Shown here piece after piece: positions 60,932-64,000 of a DNA stretch of 64,000 nt. Origin of the DNA: Bacteroidales bacterium (GTDB lineage Bacteria > Bacteroidota > Bacteroidia > Bacteroidales > VadinHA17); contig DATGYZ010000031.1 of assembly GCA_035297425.1 (NCBI GenBank), forward strand, positions 130,776-194,775, read 5' to 3'. The notes below the pieces were generated by a model, which was given only the letters and a program-made list of their open reading frames with translations, was not told where the DNA came from and did no database searches. The translations under genes were made by a program, and so were the position numbers. Positions within the stretch are counted from its first letter, which is position 1. Every line of letters begins with the position of its first letter.

Positions 60932-61281
60932 AAAAAAATTTGTTCAAACCGGCTTATCTCCTTTTTATCATGACCGCAATTCTCCTCTTATCTGGTTGTG
61001 CGGCAAATGAAGATGTAAATTCATGCCTTACGGGTCATACTTATGGATTTTTCGGAGGACTCTGGCATGGCTTCATTGCACCTTTTGATTTCATAGGTAT
61101 GCTTTTTAATGATGAAATAACAATGTATGCACAGAATAATAATGGCGGACTTTATGCACTTGGATTCCTCATCGGAAGCGGCGGATGGGGATTCTTTGGT
61201 GGCAGAGGTGCAAAAACCTATAAAAGGAAGGTGGTATATACAGATAATAACAGGTTTGATAAAGCGGAGATTATTGACTGA
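60928..61281 (+). CDS. small lipoprotein with Gly-rich membrane-like segment
   Basis: Lipobox LLLSGC. The start overlaps the ogt stop (ATGA). Confidence 0.5.
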   Translation: MKKNLFKPAYLLFIMTAILLLSGCAANEDVNSCLTGHTYGFFGGLWHGFIAPFDFIGMLFNDEITMYAQNNNGGLYALGFLIGSGGWGFFGGRGAKTYKRKVVYTDNNRFDKAEIID

Positions 61282-61393
61282 AAGCAAACATCCCGGCGAT
61301 CTTAGCCGCTCTGGCTACCACTTTGAAGCCTGTTACCGAAGCGAACTTATAAGTACATGATTTGTTATAGATAAAACCTGCCGAAACCAGCAT

Positions 61394-62440
61394 ATGCTAT
61401 ATCAACTGTATAATCCCCCTGTATTCCAGGGGAACCTGAAAAAGAAAAACTATTTTGAGGGCTGGTATTTCAAGCATGTTTCATATGATCTTAAAAATGT
61501 AATCTCTTTCATACCGGGCATTTCACTGAATGACAATTTTTCACATGCCTTCATACAGGTTCTGGACGGAGTAACAGGAAATTCTGAATATTTCACATAT
61601 CCTCTCTCAGAATTTAAGTGGGATAAAAGAAAAATGTTTGTGAAAGTTGGTAATTCTGTGTTCACAGACAGGTTTATAAGTCTTGATATTCACGAGGGCA
61701 GAAGAAAGATAATAGGCAGGATAGATTACTCCAATATTGTAAAATACCCAAAATCTCTTCTTTCACCCGGCATTATGGGATGGTATTCATTTGTGCCATT
61801 CATGGAATGCAAACATGGGATTGTCTCTGTAAATCATGACCTTTCCGGAATTATTTACCTGAATGACAGTCCAGCTGTTTTTGACAAAGGTAAGGGTTAT
61901 ATTGAAAAAGACTGGGGAACATCATTTCCTGAATGCTGGGCCTGGCTTCAGGCAAATAATTTCAATGATCATAATACATCCTTAAGCTTTTCAGTGGCCA
62001 AGATACCATGGAGAGGAAGGTTCTTTATCGGTTTCATCTGCTTCCTGTACTTTGATGGAAAGTTCATCGTTTTCAGCACATATAAAAATTCGAAAATAAC
62101 AGAGATCAGAAACACGAGGAAATCAATAGTCTTAACCTTAATAAACCAGGATTACACACTTAAGATAAACTGCATTAAAGGTTCTCCTGGAGATCTCAGG
62201 GCACCTGTTTCAGGTAACATGTCAAGGGGAATAAAAGAGAGCATCGATGCAACCGTCAGGGTTGTCCTGTATAATAAGGAGAATAAAATTATTTATACTG
62301 ATTCAAGCAGAAGAGGCGGAGTTGAAGTGATAGAGAAGATCTTTGATTATTTCAGCCAGTATGAAAAAGAAAACTGCAGTGAAGGTAAAAAAGAGGAACC
62401 TGTTCCTGCTGCTTATAAAATCCGTATTCCAGAACTATAA
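61394..62440 (+). CDS. tocopherol-cyclase-family protein
   Basis: N-terminal YFEGWYFKHV motif, characteristic of the tocopherol cyclase (VTE1-like) family. About 350 aa, beta-rich. Confidence 0.55.
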   Translation: MLYQLYNPPVFQGNLKKKNYFEGWYFKHVSYDLKNVISFIPGISLNDNFSHAFIQVLDGVTGNSEYFTYPLSEFKWDKRKMFVKVGNSVFTDRFISLDIHEGRRKIIGRIDYSNIVKYPKSLLSPGIMGWYSFVPFMECKHGIVSVNHDLSGIIYLNDSPAVFDKGKGYIEKDWGTSFPECWAWLQANNFNDHNTSLSFSVAKIPWRGRFFIGFICFLYFDGKFIVFSTYKNSKITEIRNTRKSIVLTLINQDYTLKINCIKGSPGDLRAPVSGNMSRGIKESIDATVRVVLYNKENKIIYTDSSRRGGVEVIEKIFDYFSQYEKENCSEGKKEEPVPAAYKIRIPEL

Positions 62441-62451
62441 AACTTAATATT

Positions 62452-62820
62452 ATGGCTACACTGATAGAAGGACCAGCAATAATAAGGGCGCCCGGTACGA
62501 TTGAAAAAGTCATAAGCGAATTCTTCGGAAAGGTGAACAGCAATACTGATGAAGTAAGTATAGCACATATGATCAGTCCTGCAGGATGGTCGGAACCCGG
62601 TCAGAGACCCGAATTCAATGAATACACTGTTGTCCTTAAGGGTAAGCTGAAGGTTGAAACATTGAAAACAGAATTTATTGTGATTGAAGGACAGGCTATT
62701 CTTTCACCTGCAAATGAATGGGTCAGATACAGTTCGCCCGAAGGGGCAGAATATATTGCTGTCTGTGTGCCGGCATTCTCACCTGAAACTGTACACAGGG
62801 ATAAAGAAAAGATTGATTAA
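62452..62820 (+). CDS. cupin-domain protein
   Basis: 122-aa small beta-barrel pattern (EYTVVLKGKLKVE...GQAILSPANEWVRYS). Confidence 0.55.
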   Translation: MATLIEGPAIIRAPGTIEKVISEFFGKVNSNTDEVSIAHMISPAGWSEPGQRPEFNEYTVVLKGKLKVETLKTEFIVIEGQAILSPANEWVRYSSPEGAEYIAVCVPAFSPETVHRDKEKID

Positions 62821-63437
62821 TCGCTTTCGACAGATTTTTTCTTCCGCGATTTATAGATCAGGTAAATTATAAATAATGCACCCAGTACCAGCATTATATG
62901 TCCAACATAAGGGAATATCTGTTCCCTTATCCCATAAAGAAAATATCCTATTACGGCAAGAATGATATTCCAGATTCCTGCACCTGTGAAGGTAAAAACG
63001 ATAAAATCCCTAAGATTCATTTTTGCCAGACCTGCAGGTATTGAAATCAGGTGACGGACACCCGGAACAAGTCGCCCTATAAAAGTTGATGTTCTTCCAT
63101 TCTGTATAAAATAATTTTCAGCATGCTTAACCTTTTCCTTTGAAAGAAGGAAAAACCTGCCCAGACGGGATTCTGCAAAAGCATACACAATCGGTCTGCC
63201 AAGATAGTAGGCAAGTGTATAGTTTATGAGCGATCCGCATAAAGCGCCAATAGTTCCGAACAGGACAACGAGGAAAACGTTCAGTTCTCCCTGCGCTGCC
63301 TTAAAGGCTGCAAAAGGTATTACAATTTCCGATGGAAGCGGTAAAAAGGTGCTCTCGATTGCCATCAGCAATGCAACAGTAAAATAATTGAGATTGGTCA
63401 TGTACCAATCAAAAAGTGTCTGGAAAAAATCTGTCAT
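62817..63437 (-). CDS. DedA-family membrane protein
   Basis: DedA/SNARE-associated motifs (LPSEIVIPFAAF..., GRLVPGVRHLISIPAG). Confidence 0.8.
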   Translation of the reverse strand: MTDFFQTLFDWYMTNLNYFTVALLMAIESTFLPLPSEIVIPFAAFKAAQGELNVFLVVLFGTIGALCGSLINYTLAYYLGRPIVYAFAESRLGRFFLLSKEKVKHAENYFIQNGRTSTFIGRLVPGVRHLISIPAGLAKMNLRDFIVFTFTGAGIWNIILAVIGYFLYGIREQIFPYVGHIMLVLGALFIIYLIYKSRKKKSVESD

Positions 63438-63485
63438 CTGGTATATTGAGTAAATGCAAATGTAATAAATAACAGGGTATTCCCA

Positions 63486-64000
63486 TCAGGCCGATTCCTT
63501 TGATTCAGTATAGCTTTTAGGTCTCAGGATCAACCTGGTTGACTGGTCATAGGTAATATAGTTCCATGCCCAGTTCAGGAAAATAATAAGTTTGTTCTTC
63601 ACACCAACAATACTCATCAGGTGTATGAACATCCACACAAACCATGCAAATACCCCCTGGAATTTATAGAAAGGCAGCTCAACGACTGCAAGATTACGAC
63701 CAATTGTTGCCATAGTACCTTTGTCCTTGTACCTGAATTGCTGAAACGCTTTTCCTGAGGCCATTCTTTTAAAATGATCCCCAAGGAATATGGCCTGCTG
63801 TATAGCAACAGGAGCTACCTGCGGATGACCTGAGGGATAATTTTCTTCCTGCATATATGCTATATCACCTATTGCAAATATATTTTTATATCCTTTGACC
63901 CTGCACTGCCTGTCAATGATGATCCTGTTGCTTTTGGTAAAGCATTCCTCTGCCAGGCCATTTGTCACATTACCACGAATTCCTGCAGTCCATATGATCA
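63486..64000 (-). CDS. type II NADH dehydrogenase (NDH-2) family FAD oxidoreductase, C-terminal part (5' end beyond the window)
   Basis: Second dinucleotide-fold end motif NIFAIGDIAYM, and a C-terminal membrane-anchoring region. The frame is open to the window edge. Confidence 0.7.
   Translation of the reverse strand, partial: IIWTAGIRGNVTNGLAEECFTKSNRIIIDRQCRVKGYKNIFAIGDIAYMQEENYPSGHPQVAPVAIQQAIFLGDHFKRMASGKAFQQFRYKDKGTMATIGRNLAVVELPFYKFQGVFAWFVWMFIHLMSIVGVKNKLIIFLNWAWNYITYDQSTRLILRPKSYTESKESA

Overview
This 64-kb chromosomal segment looks like Bacteroidota. The signs are T9SS type A and type B sorting domains, TTTG-N19-TAnnTTTG promoters, A-rich leaders with no obvious Shine-Dalgarno sequences, fusA followed directly by rpsJ with no tuf, and a TPP-riboswitch / TonB-receptor / PnuT / thiamine-pyrophosphokinase locus.

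The core is an uninterrupted ~18-kb minus-strand str-S10-spc-alpha ribosomal cluster running from rpsL to rplQ (21295-39209). It includes rpmJ and rpmD, which are missing from the ORF track and which I translated by hand. eno lies downstream of it.

The flanks carry mostly housekeeping and envelope genes:
- a PPTase and a PcrB/GGGP-synthase-like gene
- a PafA-like phosphatase and a T9SS M14 peptidase
- ychF
- an ECF sigma module
- hisS-hutH and ppk2
- a hybrid sensor kinase and a PP2C phosphatase
- a UbiD-family decarboxylase
- an EF-G2-like paralog
- a TetR-TolC-MFP-RND-PII-like efflux operon
- a UvrD-like helicase, ogt, a tocopherol-cyclase-like protein, DedA and a partial NDH-2

The most unusual part is a 1.72-kb ORF-free island (18094-19817) between the UbiD-like gene and eno. 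It contains four separate elements:
- A candidate ~495-nt highly structured minus-strand RNA. It has a full-consensus Bacteroidota promoter and a strong intrinsic terminator. I cannot assign it to RNase P, tmRNA, SRP, 6S or any riboswitch I know.
- A perfect 23-bp hairpin.
- About 5.3 copies of a 73/74-bp tandem repeat.
- A 45-bp almost pure A/T tract framed by alternating GCTGAAT motifs.

Secondary oddities:
- 8-nt-periodic GAC/GTC low-complexity tracts sit at two intergenic sites, one of them inside the S10 operon.
- The EF-G paralog lacks the catalytic histidine.
- The hybrid histidine kinase has a deleted ATP lid.

All coordinates come from reading the sequence by eye. RNA and regulatory boundaries are accurate to about +/- 5 nt.
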